Source of the DNA: Tricharina praecox
Taxonomy: Eukaryota
DNA: 64,000 bases
Assembly: GCF_024521635.1 (NCBI RefSeq)
Contig: NW_026250434.1
Span: 310,001 to 374,000 of the forward strand
Direction of reading: 5' to 3'
This document shows, in pieces, positions 37,667 through 50,293 of the stretch; the stretch's first letter is position 1, and each line of letters starts with the position of its first letter. The notes beneath the pieces were generated by a model. That model did no database searches. It worked only from the letters and a program-made list of their open reading frames with translations, and had not been told where the DNA came from. Made by a program: the position numbers and the translations under genes.

Positions 37667-40600
37667 GTGAGTGTGAGTGTGAGTGAGACTTTGCTAGGGG
37701 AAAATGTATCTACTACTATGTTTCTGTTCTCTCTTCTCTTCTCTTTCTCCGATTCGATTCGATCCGATCCGATCCAATGGGCTGTCTGGATCCTTTTTTT
37801 TGGTTCTTTTTTGGCAGATTTTGGGGCCTGTTTTTTTTCCTTCGGATTCTTTCTTATTCGCAATGTTGGTTTGTTTCTCTTTTCTTTTCTTTCTTCCACC
37901 ATACAATTTATATATAAGCCGACGATATTATGACGGGTGTTCTTTTTCTTTCTTTCATTTCTTTCCATTCATTTCATTTCAGTACATTTCAGTACATTTC
38001 AGTACATTTCAGTACATTTCAGTTACTTATTTTGCAGCCATTTTATTTCTTTCCCCCCATTATTTTTCTTTTATTCATTTCTTCTTTCGCGTCATTGTCA
38101 TATCTGGGGGTTTACTTTATACTTGCTCTTTTCGTGTGTGACGATTTTTAGTTTTTTACTTGATGTGATGGGGGATGAGGACGGGGACGGGGGACGGGGG
38201 ATTGTGGTGGTGGTTATGGTGGCGCGGAGGCGAAGCGGAGGGAATGGAAGGCGAAGGGAAGGGCAAATGGAAGAGTTGGATGTTGATCTGTTGGCCACAT
38301 ATGAGGGCGAGGGATTGAGGGCGAGGGAATTGGGGGCTATGAAGAGGAATTGGGGGCGAGGATTTGGGGAGAGGGAGAGGGAGACGGGGTGGGGGTGAAT
38401 TAGGGGTGAATCGAAGATCTTCGTCCATCTGTGTCTGTGCTGAGTGCTGAGTGCTGAGTGCAATGCTTGCGTGCGGCGGCGGTGATGTGGTGATATGGTG
38501 GTGGTGGTGGTGGTGGTGGTGGTGGTGATATTTTGTGACTGGGATGGCTAGGATGGGCTGTGAAAGGGATGGGCTGTGAAAGGATGGCTGTAATTGGGCT
38601 GTGAAAGGGATGTATTGTTGCACGTTGCTGGTAGTTACGAGCAGTGGTGCACCTATTGTACATAGGTAGGCTGTCCCAAGCTGTTTGATAGACCACGGGC
38701 CCACGGCCCACGATAGCCACTCAACGTTTTGGAGATACGCCCAATAGGTAGCTGTCCCATGTTCAGAAGAGTAGAGCACCTACACGCAGACGAACCCTCA
38801 TGCTTTCCCTCTCCATCATCGGCCCTGCATAGAGCGTCTGGCGGTCTGTAGTCACGTTCCCAATGCCCATGGAGGACTAATTACTCCATCAGATTCCTGT
38901 ACTCAACATGTACATCTTTGTACCTCCAATATAGATGTGAAGTGAAGTGAAGTGAAGCGGCGTGAAGCGTATAGTAGTGGATTGAAGCAGAGTAGGTAGA
39001 GTAGAGTGGGGTCCGTGCAGTGCAGTGCAGCGCAGAGGGTTCTTTCTGCCTGCTTGTGGATGCTTGTATGCATCTACTTGTGTATGTATGTAAGACTGCT
39101 TCCTAGGACCGCTTTCTTCGAGGGGGGACGATGGAGGGATGTGGTGAATTGGATTGGATGGATGGATGTGAAATCGCCACCGTTGGGCAATGGGGACACT
39201 CGCAGCAGCAGCAGCAGCAGGGGAGGGCTATGATACGATGCGGTACATACGGTATGAAGGGTAGAGTGGAGGTGCTTGCAGAGGTGCTTGCGGAGCGGAG
39301 AGGAGGTGCTTGCGGAGATGCTTAGGAGGGGAGCTGAGGGCTGTAGATTCGGGGCGGTCAGATGAATGGCTCGTATCCGCCCCCACCCTTCCGCCCCCAC
39401 ACACCTCCCCTTCCGCAGCTCCTCAAGGCACGTGCTCGCGGATATCTCTCGCCTCTTGCCTCCTGCTCTTGCCGCGTCACTTCTGAAGCTCAAGCCTCAG
39501 GGGACAACCGAGTCCCGAGTCCAGCCATACCGGCCATAGGCGCAAGGAAGGAAGAAATACCGTGCCACATCCCAACACAGCCCCCTCCACCCTCCACCCA
39601 CTCCGTCACTCGTGACGGAGATCGGAGAACCTACCCACCTACTAGAGTAGGTACTCTAGTTGTAGTTGTAGTTTTAGGTGGTAGTTGCGCCCACACCTCC
39701 ATCCGGCTCATTTAGCAGCCCCATACTTACCACACCATACATCTCGTGCGATTCACTCGGTTGGATGAGCAGCCGAATCGTATCTATTCCATCCTTACAC
39801 CATGCCAGAGTTCGTGCCGCTTTTTACACTTTTGCACTTTGTGTCTTGTCTTGTCTTTTGTCTCGTCTCGGGCTGGGGTGCCGATGCTGGTGCTGGTGGT
39901 GGGTGGTGGTGGTGGTGCTGGTTGTGGTGGGTGGAGGCGGAGTAGAGAGAGGGAGAGAGGGAGGGAGGGAGGGAGGGTGAGTGAGTGAGTATAGGTAGTA
40001 AAGTCACCCGTGTTCGAGAGAGCTCAGAGAGGGGATGAACAGGTGGAGCTCTGCAGCTCCTGAGTCCTCTCGGCGGCGGCGGCCTCCCTCGCGTACCTAC
40101 TCTACTCGACTATACTCTGCCCTTTCCCCGTGGGGGCGGGGAACCACCAAATGCGCATCCTTTCTCCGCTCCCACTCTCACTCTCACTCCCCGCCGATCC
40201 TCCCGATCACTCATCCATGATCCAACGTGCAAATATCCTCCCTCGTTCCCTGATTCCTCCGTGTAGTAATATGGCCCCCATCCTCCAAACTCCCAACTGC
40301 ATACATGATGCATCTACTATCCACCGTCCGCCATTCACAAGGCCTCTACACACCTACACACACACATACGCACAAACTCAGATTCCGAACCCGACTGCGC
40401 GAATGCTCCATCTACCTACATACATATAGTGGCTCATCGACGGTCTAGGTATTGCATAGGAGTGTATAACCACCAGTCCAATATTTCGATGCATACGGTA
40501 GATACGGTACTGTACTGTAGAGTAATCACAGCCTACAGGCTACAGGAGGCCAATGGGTTCACCGGAAGGGGGGCCGAGAAGCAGGGGCTAGGTAGGTAGG

Positions 40601-41340
40601 AGGTAGGTAGTAAGCGCCATGTTACACCACACCACACACGCACTCGACCAAGCGTCAGGCGTGAGGTGGCGTCTAGTTAGAGTACTCCGGCTCGCCACTC
40701 GTATGTAGGTAGAGTAGAGGACGGCTGGTTGGTTAGCGATTACGATGCATAGGGGGAGGGGGAGGGGGCGCCCCAATCCCTTGCCTATCATAGGCGAGCA
40801 TCCAATGGCAGCCGCCGTCGATCGGAATGGGGGTTTGGGTTTGGGTTTGCGCTCCAAGAGTCCAAGCAGCAACGGCCGTCGCATCCATCCACCCATCCAT
40901 CGAGTGCCCCACACGTTTCTGGACACTGGCGGTTGCTTGCTTTTTTGGAATTGCACTTTTGTGCTGGTGGTGGTGGTGATGGGTTGGGTTGGGTTGGGTG
41001 ATGGGTTGGGTTGGGTGATTCAGCTCTACCTAGTTTCTGTTCGGATCGTGGAGAGACACAGTGGCGAGGATGGATTCCTTCTTTGGGACCGTGGATGGAC
41101 CGTGGATGGACGGTGGCCGACGGTATTTAATACCAACCACCGTGCACTAGCTACCTAGCCGTGATCTTGGGATTCTTGCTTCGAAATCGAACGGAGAGGA
41201 GACGCTTCAGCCTTAAGCCTTCAGGTACGTTTGTCGGTTGTGTGTGGGGGGCTCCCACCCGCGATGTATAGGAGGTATGCATAGCTGAACGGAATATGCA
41301 GACAGAAGACCACTGTTCTGAAAAACTGTCCATAATACCT

Positions 41341-42285
41341 ATGGCGAAGCTCAAACAACCAAGCACCGCCGCAGCAGCAGCGGCAGCAGCAGCAGCAAAG
41401 AAGTCTTCCGCTTCCAGCACCAAAAAGACCATCGGGAAGGGCCGCAAATCCGTCTCCAGCGCAACGGTCACTTCCATGCGGCCGCAAAAGAGACCGTCGT
41501 TCCTCCTTCCCGCCCCACCGAACCATCCGCGAACTCCAAAACCGTCGTATCCCTTCATCACGACGACGGTGCAGAACTACCACCATCCGAAAGACGCCGG
41601 CGCGGGCTCGGACCCGAGCCCAGCGCGGGAAATCAAGCAGGAAGACGCCGCCGGCCATGGCGCAGAGGAATCCACAGTCAACTTCAGCGTCGTAATCGAC
41701 GTTTCGGCCGACAAGGCCAGCAGCATCTCCAGCACCAGCGGATACGCGCGTGGTCCCGGCGGCAAGCACTCCCCCCCAGCTTCCAGCACCCGCATCAGTA
41801 AGCCGCACTCCCCCGCGTCCTGGCACCCGTCAACCATATACACACCCCCACCGACCCCGCGGCGCCTCGCGGCCAACGCACTGAGCCGCGAAGTCCTAGC
41901 CGCAGGCCGCACAGAGCGGCTGCACATAGCGCGGGGCCGCGACCAGCTGGTGGAGCGCCTGGCGGTCGACGCGGTCAACACTTCCGCCACAATCCACGAC
42001 TCTGCGCGCCGCAGCCGCTTCGATACAAATATCGAACATGTCATCGCCCGCTTTGCGACCGAGGCTGCACAGGAGGTCGATCGCCTCGCTACGAGGTATC
42101 AGCAGCTCGCTGCGGCGGTGTTTTTGCAGGCTATGCAGGGGAGGGATGAGGCGCTGGGTGCAGCGGGCGCGGGTGCCGCTGGTGCGGGTGGGTTGGTCGG
42201 GTTGCCGCTGCCGCTGTCAAATAGGGCCAGGAAGGAGGAGGAGAAGGAGGTTAGGGATGGGTGGTTGGATACGGTTTTGGGGTAG
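41341..42285 (+). CDS. Hypothetical protein (basic/disordered N-terminus, predicted helical C-terminal domain)
   Basis: Intronless ORF over 300 aa (alternative ATG at 41296), GC3-rich codon usage; no family recognised. Confidence 0.6.
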   Translation: MAKLKQPSTAAAAAAAAAAKKSSASSTKKTIGKGRKSVSSATVTSMRPQKRPSFLLPAPPNHPRTPKPSYPFITTTVQNYHHPKDAGAGSDPSPAREIKQEDAAGHGAEESTVNFSVVIDVSADKASSISSTSGYARGPGGKHSPPASSTRISKPHSPASWHPSTIYTPPPTPRRLAANALSREVLAAGRTERLHIARGRDQLVERLAVDAVNTSATIHDSARRSRFDTNIEHVIARFATEAAQEVDRLATRYQQLAAAVFLQAMQGRDEALGAAGAGAAGAGGLVGLPLPLSNRARKEEEKEVRDGWLDTVLG

Positions 42286-42819
42286 CTATGGTGGTATATA
42301 TGCATACATACGGTGGTTTTTGGTTAATTGCGCTCTCGAGGACGGTCTTTTCGGGTGGCTTGATCGTGTTTGTGCTCGCTGTCGCCTGATCTCATCGTTT
42401 GCTCGGTTTTCGTGATGGATGTGAATCTTCACATTGGTATCGGCGACTGCCTACCTAGGCGTGTAGTGAAACTCTGTGCATGTCTTCTTCTGTTGTTTGA
42501 TTTGATTTCGTGAGTAGTAATTGTGTGCTGCCAGCTCCAAGTTGCTTTCCTCTCTCGAATTATTGGCCTTGCTGGTGAATGGAGGATACTCCACTCTAGT
42601 GAGCTCGAGTCGGGATAGCCGGGTGGGAAGGAACTACGTTTCGCCTGTTAGCTCCGTGGCGGGCTCGCTTCTGGTTGCATTTTAGCCTCCCAAGTTACAT
42701 CACCAGCACTGTCACCCCACCACCCCACCACTCCGTCAATCCGCGCAACCCCACCCTCAAAACGCAGCATTCCCCCCATTCCCGCCCAGCAATCACGATC
42801 TACACACATACACGGACAG

Positions 42820-43398
42820 ATGGCGACTCCGGAAACCTCCTCGACCGCCTCCCCCTCGGGCCCCGGCCGTCCACTGGACATGACGGAGCTCCTGGAGCGA
42901 CAGAACGACTACCTCGCGCTGCGGCACAACGTCGCGATGGGGATGCTGATTGTTGCGCCGGCGCTGATCGCGCTGCCGCCGCGCAAGCTCGACATCTACA
43001 CCGCCGGGCTCGCCTTCACCTGGGTGTTCTGTCTCAACGAGGTGACGAAGCACCACTTCAACGGCGCGGGGATCCTGCGCGTGATCGTGGGAAAGCGCGA
43101 GGGCGAGCTCGAGGAGCAGCAGCGAAAGGAGAAGGAGTTGACTACTGGCTGGCGCGGCGAGGATGTGCATGCTACCGCCAAGTTCTTCAAGGAGCGCGAG
43201 GAGGAGGGCCTCGGCATCGGAGAGATCATCAAGGAGAGCGTCTGGGATGTCTGGCAGCAGAGGGGCAGCCGCAAAATCACCCCCGAGGAGGAGGCCGACG
43301 AGGAGCTGCCGCTGAAGGAGAGGGTGCTGAAGTATGAGAAGGAGATCAGGGAGAAGAAGGAGAGGGAGGCGGTGGACGAGTTGACGAAGTCGACGTAG
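42820..43398 (+). CDS. Hypothetical 192-aa protein with two hydrophobic segments and a charged C-terminus (probable membrane protein)
   Basis: Strong GC3 bias, good start context, hydrophobic stretches VAMGMLIVAPALIALPPRKLD and YTAGLAFTWVFCL. Confidence 0.75.
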   Translation: MATPETSSTASPSGPGRPLDMTELLERQNDYLALRHNVAMGMLIVAPALIALPPRKLDIYTAGLAFTWVFCLNEVTKHHFNGAGILRVIVGKREGELEEQQRKEKELTTGWRGEDVHATAKFFKEREEEGLGIGEIIKESVWDVWQQRGSRKITPEEEADEELPLKERVLKYEKEIREKKEREAVDELTKST

Positions 43399-44079
43399 GC
43401 GGACGAGGAAGGTGGTGGAGACGATTGTATGATACGGACCGGAAAAGTGGGGGTTTTCATTTATCTACTTTGCATGGACTGACTGTATATTACTCTTATC
43501 TTATGACGTCGATCGAATTGGTTCGTCTGGAGGCTGCGGAAATGGTTGGTGATCCCCGGATTGAAGAAACCTAACTGCCGGTACTTAGTCAAGTTGCTTT
43601 CGCGGTGAAAAAGACTACCATCAGTGACTCCCGCAGCAGATGCTTCACAGAGTGCTTAGAGCTAAACTGATTTGCCCTACCGAATTGCATCTTCCCTTCC
43701 CGCCCAGCAATGATCTGGGACCTGGGTGCATCAAGCAGCAGCACGTGATGCGGCTCTGATGGTCCGGGTAAACACCATGGAGGTTCAGTTAGCGTGACGC
43801 CACAGCCATGGAGGGACCCTCAGGTTGGACGTTGCATTGATCTTTCACAACAAAGAACACAGCCGGCCAACCAGAATAGACCGACCGGCCAACCATCGCC
43901 TCGTATTTCCCCCGCATCAGCAAGTTCACCCAAAATTACAGCAAGCGACAGCCAGCCTCGCTCGCCGTACTCCACTACGACACTCCTGTTACCCTTGATT
44001 CGCCTCGACCAAGCTCGGCCCAGCACCTCTACCCATTTCATCTATCGTTTCGCTCGCGCTTGGCGTCGTGAATGGCTAG

Positions 44080-46925
44080 ATGGGTTCTACAGCCGCTACT
44101 CATGTGTGTTTCCCGCGCGGCGGAGCTCTGCTGGCCAGCTGGCTGGCAGGCTGGAACGGCAGTGGTGTTGATGCTGATGTGTGTGTCCGTGCGCAGGTGC
44201 TCAGCACGTCTACTCTCTCCGAAATCCTCGATGATCTGTGTATTAGGTAGCACTCTCTCCGGCTAGCTAGGAAAGCAAGTTGCGTGCGTGCGTGCGCGTA
44301 GGGAAAAGGGCACTGATTTCGAGGCTGCAGATTCCTGATATTCCTTCCGGAAGAGGAGTTGAGTTCGATTGAGGTAAGGCAGTTGGCAGCTACCCCGCCA
44401 TCCTCGCAAGGCTGACGGCGTCCAGCGAATATGCTTCCAGATCGAAGAGGCCCATTGGTTCTACGAGGACTTCATCCGCGAGATCAACCCGGGTGTGCCG
44501 AATCTCCATCTGCGGCAGTTCATCCACCAGCTGCTCAACCACGTGCCGCGCTCCCTAATATCGCACATCCCGCTGTGGAAGACCGAGACCGCCTTCACCG
44601 AGTTCATGTCGTATAAAACGCGCGTGCCCGTGCGTGGCGTCATCATGCTGAACGTCAACATGGACAAGGCGGTGCTCGTCAAGGGGTGGAAGAGCGGCGC
44701 GAGCTGGAGCTTTCCGAGAGGAAAGATCGATCAGAATGAGGACGATAGGGATTGCGCCATCAGGGAGACGTATGAGGAGACCGGCTTCGATCTTACCGGG
44801 ATGGTCGGCGCGGAGGATAAGATCGATATCAACATCCGGGAGCAGGACATGAGGCTGTACATCGCGCCGGGCGTGCCGGAGGATTTTAGGTTTGCGCCGA
44901 GGACGAGGAAAGAGATTAGCGTATGTGGTTGAGGTGGCTTCTGTGTGTAGGTTTTTTTGTTGTTGCGATTCTGACGTCACACTCGCGTAGAAAATTGCCT
45001 GGCACAAGTTGTCGGAACTTCCGGGTTACTCGGCGAAGAAGGGACAGCGAGAAGAGAACATTCGCTCGGGAAAATTCTTTTTGGTCGCACCATTCATTCG
45101 CGAGCTGCGTAAGTGGATTTCGACAAACGGGAAGCAGTGGCTAGAGCAACAGCAAGGAGCTGCAGCATCGATACAGAGACAACTAGCGACAGCAGCTCAG
45201 AAGCTTGAGCTTGGAGAAGCTACATTGAAGGCAGAGGAACCTCCCCTTTCACCCCCGGAGCCCGCACCACCAATCACGCAACCAGAAGACTCAACGACAA
45301 GCTTGAAGAACTTGCTGGGCATTCCCGTGCAGCCAGAAGCACCAGCCATGACCGCAGCCGAGCAAGACGATGCTTCCAGAAGACTCAGGGAGATGATCGG
45401 TGGGATTTCGCAACCGCAACATGCCGCTCCTACGGTGACCAACGGATCCAACAGGGGCGATCCCCTTTCGGAGAATCCGAATGCGAAGATGCTTCTTTCA
45501 ATTTTACAGCCCTCCGGCCCAACCACATCATCCCATCATTCCCCTCCATCCCATCGTGTCTCTGCTCATCCAAACTTCATGGGCTTCCCACCGACCGGTA
45601 ACCAGAACCAACGCCCCAACTCATCGACCCCAATGCAGCACCCACCTCCACACCCGCTGCAAACACGCCCCTCCTTTGGCCCGATGCTTCAGAATTCACA
45701 GGCTTCGATGCCTTCGCCCGGTGGATGGCAGCAGGGACAGCAACAGCGCATGAACACATTTCCTTTGCCTTCTCCGCCACCGACATCACGGTTTGGCCCG
45801 CCGCCGTACCCGCAGCCGCAACAGCAGCAACAGCAACGAGGCGCCCCGCTCCCGATGAACCAGTTTTTCGCGAATCCGCCGATGAGCATGGCGCAGCCGG
45901 GGGTTCAGATGCCCCAGCAGGGAAATATGATGGCGCAGCATGGAAACATGATGGCCGGGAACGCGATGCTTCAGCATTTCGGACAGCGCGACCCTCCGAC
46001 GCCGGTGGATTCTTTCCATCCGCCGCCACAGCAGCAGATTCGACATCAGGATTCTGGGCAGGCGGGAGCTTTGCTATCTATTTTGAAGGGTACTAGGACT
46101 CCAGTGCAGACTCCGCCGGTGGCGCACTGGCAACCCGAACCGAATGCTACTGCGACAATGCCGTCGGAGCCTCCGCCGCAGCAAGCAGCTCTTCCTTCAC
46201 AGAAAATAGCGCACCCGCAACTGCCTCAGAAATCTCAGATGCAAGTGCCCAAGCAGATGCCGCAACCATCGGGACCTCCCAAGAACCCTATGACCCCGCC
46301 CCCGCCATCCCGTCAAGCAGTCTCAGGCTCCAATCCGGCACCACTTCGGTCACCGCCACCACGCGGACCCAAGGTTCAGACCTCGCAGCGCAATTCTCCC
46401 CAGCGCCAGCAGCCGCAGCGGCATAGAAACAATCTTGCCAACAACCGGTCTTCCACTGCTGCCCCGGTGTCGCAGGCCTACCAACCTCCTCCTCGTCCGA
46501 CGACCACCCAACCGCGTCATCATACCCCGCCACCTCCTTTGCGCCACGGAACGCCCGTCGCAATCGATCACTATGGAGCCCAAAAGACGACCGCTCTCCC
46601 AACCACCAACTTCGACCGCCGCGAATCGGTCAGTGGCGAGCGTGCGCAGACGCTTCTGGCGATGTTCAGAAAGCCCCAAGCCCCCGCGTCGCCCATGTCT
46701 ATGCCCATGGATGAGGCCGTCATGTCGAGCCCTGAGATGGAACAGCGCAAGCCTGTGCAACGACCACCGCCGAGACTGAGCACAGCTGGTGTTGGCGCTT
46801 CGTCTGCGCGTCCGGGTCTTGCCAGAACGCCCACGGGATTGGCGAAAGCCAATCTGTTGGCATACCTGGAGGGTGTCGCGAGTGAGAGGAACGATGGTGG
46901 TGGCGGCGGTGTGCCTCTTTCGTAA
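44080..46925 (+). CDS. DCP2: mRNA decapping enzyme catalytic subunit Dcp2
   Basis: Exons 44080-44103, 44197-44246, 44331-44373, 44426-44920, 44991-46925. Box A ILDDLCIRFL..LPEEELSSIERICFQIEEAHWFYEDF; YKTRVPVRG; Nudix WSFPRGKI...CAIRETYEETG; PRTRKEISKIAW; P/Q-rich tail with Leu-rich helical motifs. First exon less certain. Confidence 0.96.
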
Positions 46926-47564
46926 GGGGACTGTGACCATGCTACGATATGAGATTTACGTTGTGATGTAACTTGTTTTCTTTTTTCTTTTTTTTCTCTC
47001 TTTCCTTCTTTCCCGTTTACTCGTTCGTGTTTTCAGTCTCATGATTTTTTCGTCTCGTTTTCCCTTACTTACCTCCTATGTCCTATCCAGTTTTGCTACT
47101 TTTATGACTTGTTGACGGGGGTTGCTTGTCCTGTTCTGTCCTGTCCTGTGTTCTGTTCCTTCTTTACGCTTGTCTTTTCTGTCTTCTGTCTTCTGGAACG
47201 AAATGGAGTATGAGCGGTTGGGATCTGATTCTGTGTGCTTTGTTTTTCCGTCTCATGTTCTTTTGCCCCTCCACCCCGCCCACTCATATCGTCGGGCTTA
47301 GGATAGGATTGGATTGGATTGGATGGATAGGTTCGGTTGGGTTGGGTCTATGTGCAGTGTCATGGCGTGTTCCCAGGCGGTGGGAGAAGAAGAGGAAGAA
47401 GAGGAAAGGATTGACTCGAGGAGAGTCAACAGTGAGTTATCAAAGAGAGAGTGTTCTGATCATCAGTAATAGTATCGTGAAGACCCCAAGTAACGCTTGA
47501 AAGACATACGATGTAGATGGTATGACTGGTATTTCATCTCCTCCGGCTACCTAGGTCTAGGTAC

Positions 47565-49810
47565 TTAATCGACGATTCCTCCCCTCGCCTCCTGAACCCG
47601 TTGCATCGTCATCTCCACCAGCTGCACGTTGACCCCGTGCCTATCCCCCTCCGTCCTCTCCCTCTCGATGAACCTGTCTAGCCGCTTCCTCACGGGCGCC
47701 AAAAACCGGGTCTCGACCTTATCTCCAAAGGCCTTATTGGCAGCACCGAGTCTTGCGGCGAGCTCGTGGTTCAGCAGCAGGAGCAAGTAGAGATTGATCG
47801 TTGCCGCGAAGCGCGGGTACAGATCTCTAAACTTCTCCCAGGCCTTTGCGTCGTCGTCGCCGAGGGCGATTTCGAGGTCGGGGAAGAGCTGCGCGAAGAT
47901 CTCGGAGAGACACAGCGAGGTGCCAAAGATGCTGTTTGGAGTGCTGGGCACGGATGCGCCGTCGCGCAGCACGGGCGTGGTCGCGTGCACGATCTCGTCC
48001 TTAAGCATGCCCACTACGGCGCCCTTGACGGATTCGAAGGGGCAGTGCTCGAGCGTGTCGCGGAAGTAGGCTAGGCGCACGGCTTCGGAGGGGTGCGCGC
48101 GCAGGCACAGCGCGACGTGCGTGTTGGCTAGGTACCGGTGCGAGGCGGAGGAGGCGTTGGTGCTGATTACGCTGAAGATTTGGAGGTAGATGAAGAATGT
48201 TTCTGTCTTTTCCGGGAGGTCGCCGAGGGATTGCGAGGTGTGAAGGATGTAGAGGCCCAGGAAGAGGATGCTGTCTATTACGGCGGGTTTCGACTGGCCC
48301 GGGGCGTAGATCATGAAGGTTTCGGCGATGGTGGAGTGGTCGGGGTAGATTTGGAGGTGGGTGGTGTGCGGATCGGTCGAGAGTCGGTGCGTGAGAAGGA
48401 ACAGCGCGCCGTGTTTGGAGAGTGGGACGTCATCGGCGGCTTTCGGCGCGGGGATTTCGCTGTGGTCGTCTTCCTCGTCGTCGGTGAGGCCGTCGGCGCC
48501 GGATCTGCACAGGTCCACGAGCTCTTCGGTTTTGACACCGAGGCTCTCGCACATCGCCACAATCTCGTCGACAGCTGCTCTGACATTTCCCTGCGCTGCG
48601 CGTGCATCCCGCTCCTCGTCGATGAGCGTGCGGCCGTTCGGGACCTTGAACTTATCCGGGCGCAGCACTTCTTCGTCGTACTTCCCAGCCCATCCAATGT
48701 CCAGCCCCCTCTCCTCCACATCGTCGAAGCCGCCGCGGAAGGCAGGGTGTAGCTGTTGCACATCGGGAGAATGATGATCCTCGCTCGTAGACTGCTGTTG
48801 CGGATGGTGCTGCCTCTTCGTGCGCAGCAGGTAGCCGCTCAACACATGCGTCAAAAAGCTTGCGATGAGTCTCGCCTGCAGCTGGTCCTCCTTCGCCTCC
48901 GGGTTGACAGTCTGCAGGCTCGCACTGGTGCTAACCCTCGGCGGTAGCGGCGGACGTTTCGTTGCAGTAGCCGTCTCCTTCAGCTGCGGCCGCACCCCCT
49001 TCAAGAACTGCAGTAGCCGCTGAACAACTCCCGTCACCGCCTCAGCATCCACCACCTCCACCGCCTTCGTAAACGCGATCAGCAGCGTCGACAGTTCCGT
49101 CGAAAGGAACTTTGACGGAAATCTTGCCGCAATCCGCGGGTGCACCGTCGTCAACGCCGACAGCAGGTTGTTGAACTTCCTCGCCGCGTTCTGCGCATAC
49201 AACATCGGATCTTCTTTCTTCTGTAGTTCACGTTTTGGCACGATATCATCCTCCTCGTCGCCGGAGTGCTCCGCCTCATCCTGATCCTCATCCTCGTCAT
49301 CCTCCTCCTCAGCGGGACTCCATGACAGACTCGACAGCCCAGTCAACACCTTGATGTACACCTCCCTAGGATTCCCGATCGTCGCAGAGTAGGCGATAAG
49401 CTGTTCGGCGATATCAACGGTCTTCGGGAGCGGGGAGTCGAGGTATGGTAGAAGTACGATGACGAGGTCCCAGGCGATGGAGCAAGACAACTCCTCCTAC
49501 AATGCATTAACACCAACCAAGGGGGTGGAGGAGGAGGAGAGTAGGGGGTAGTACATGTGCTTCCAACACCTCCTTCAACACGCTCAGGAACTGGTGCTGG
49601 TCCTCGGGGGACAGTGATTCCAAAGACCAGTGGATGTGCACGTCCAGTATCACGGAGAAATCGATGAACTCATCTACCTATAGCTTCCCCACGACAGTCA
49701 GGAAGGTTCCTTGCTTGCGTTTGGCTGGGGGACAGACATACCGACAGTTCGTCGGCTGCAGAGCGGATAGACGCGATGGCCTTGCTGAGCGTTATTTCCT
49801 CTCGCGACAT
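47565..49810 (-). CDS. Ybp1/Ybp2 (YAP-binding/ALF4/glomulin, DUF1760) family protein
   Basis: Exons 49810-49742, 49677-49555, 49496-47565, all phase 0 with GT-AG. Motifs IAWDLV, GNPREVYIKV, RFPSKFLS, RPPLPPR, DTLEHCPFESVKGAVVGMLKDEI match my recollection of this family. Confidence 0.82.
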
Positions 49811-50293
49811 TTTTCGTGATGCGTTGGGGGAAGGGAGGTTATGGTGGTGACGATGATGATGGCAGGTATGTAGAGTACCTACTTGAGCCTTGAGGAGTTG
49901 GCAAGCTCGATGCAAGGTCGAAGGTGGGGTGCCGCTTGATTAGCGCCATCATTAGGGTTTATCTACGTAGCCAAGACGACGAACAGGAATGTGAATTGGA
50001 GATGGACAGGGGGCACTGCACAGCGGGGTTACGCTTAGTTACATGTACATAGATACAGGGAATTTGTGGCTGAAGAGTGATGAAGGTGTTGGTGGGATAG
50101 CATGCACGTTAGATATCACTCGTGGCTTGGCTAAAACATGTCAAGATGAATGGGTAATGGTAGGGTTTGGACTTTGCAAACACAAGCGAGAATGGCAGCA
50201 TAGCCATAGTGAAGTAGAAAAAAACAAATGTATCCTCTAGTACGTGATCCTTTTATATCCTTCCCAAAACAAAACTTTTCCCTTGCAATCACT

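Noticed and set aside
49951..49962. TTAGGGTTTA as a telomeric repeat or telomerase RNA template
   Set aside because: Single short match in a promoter, with no array or supporting structure
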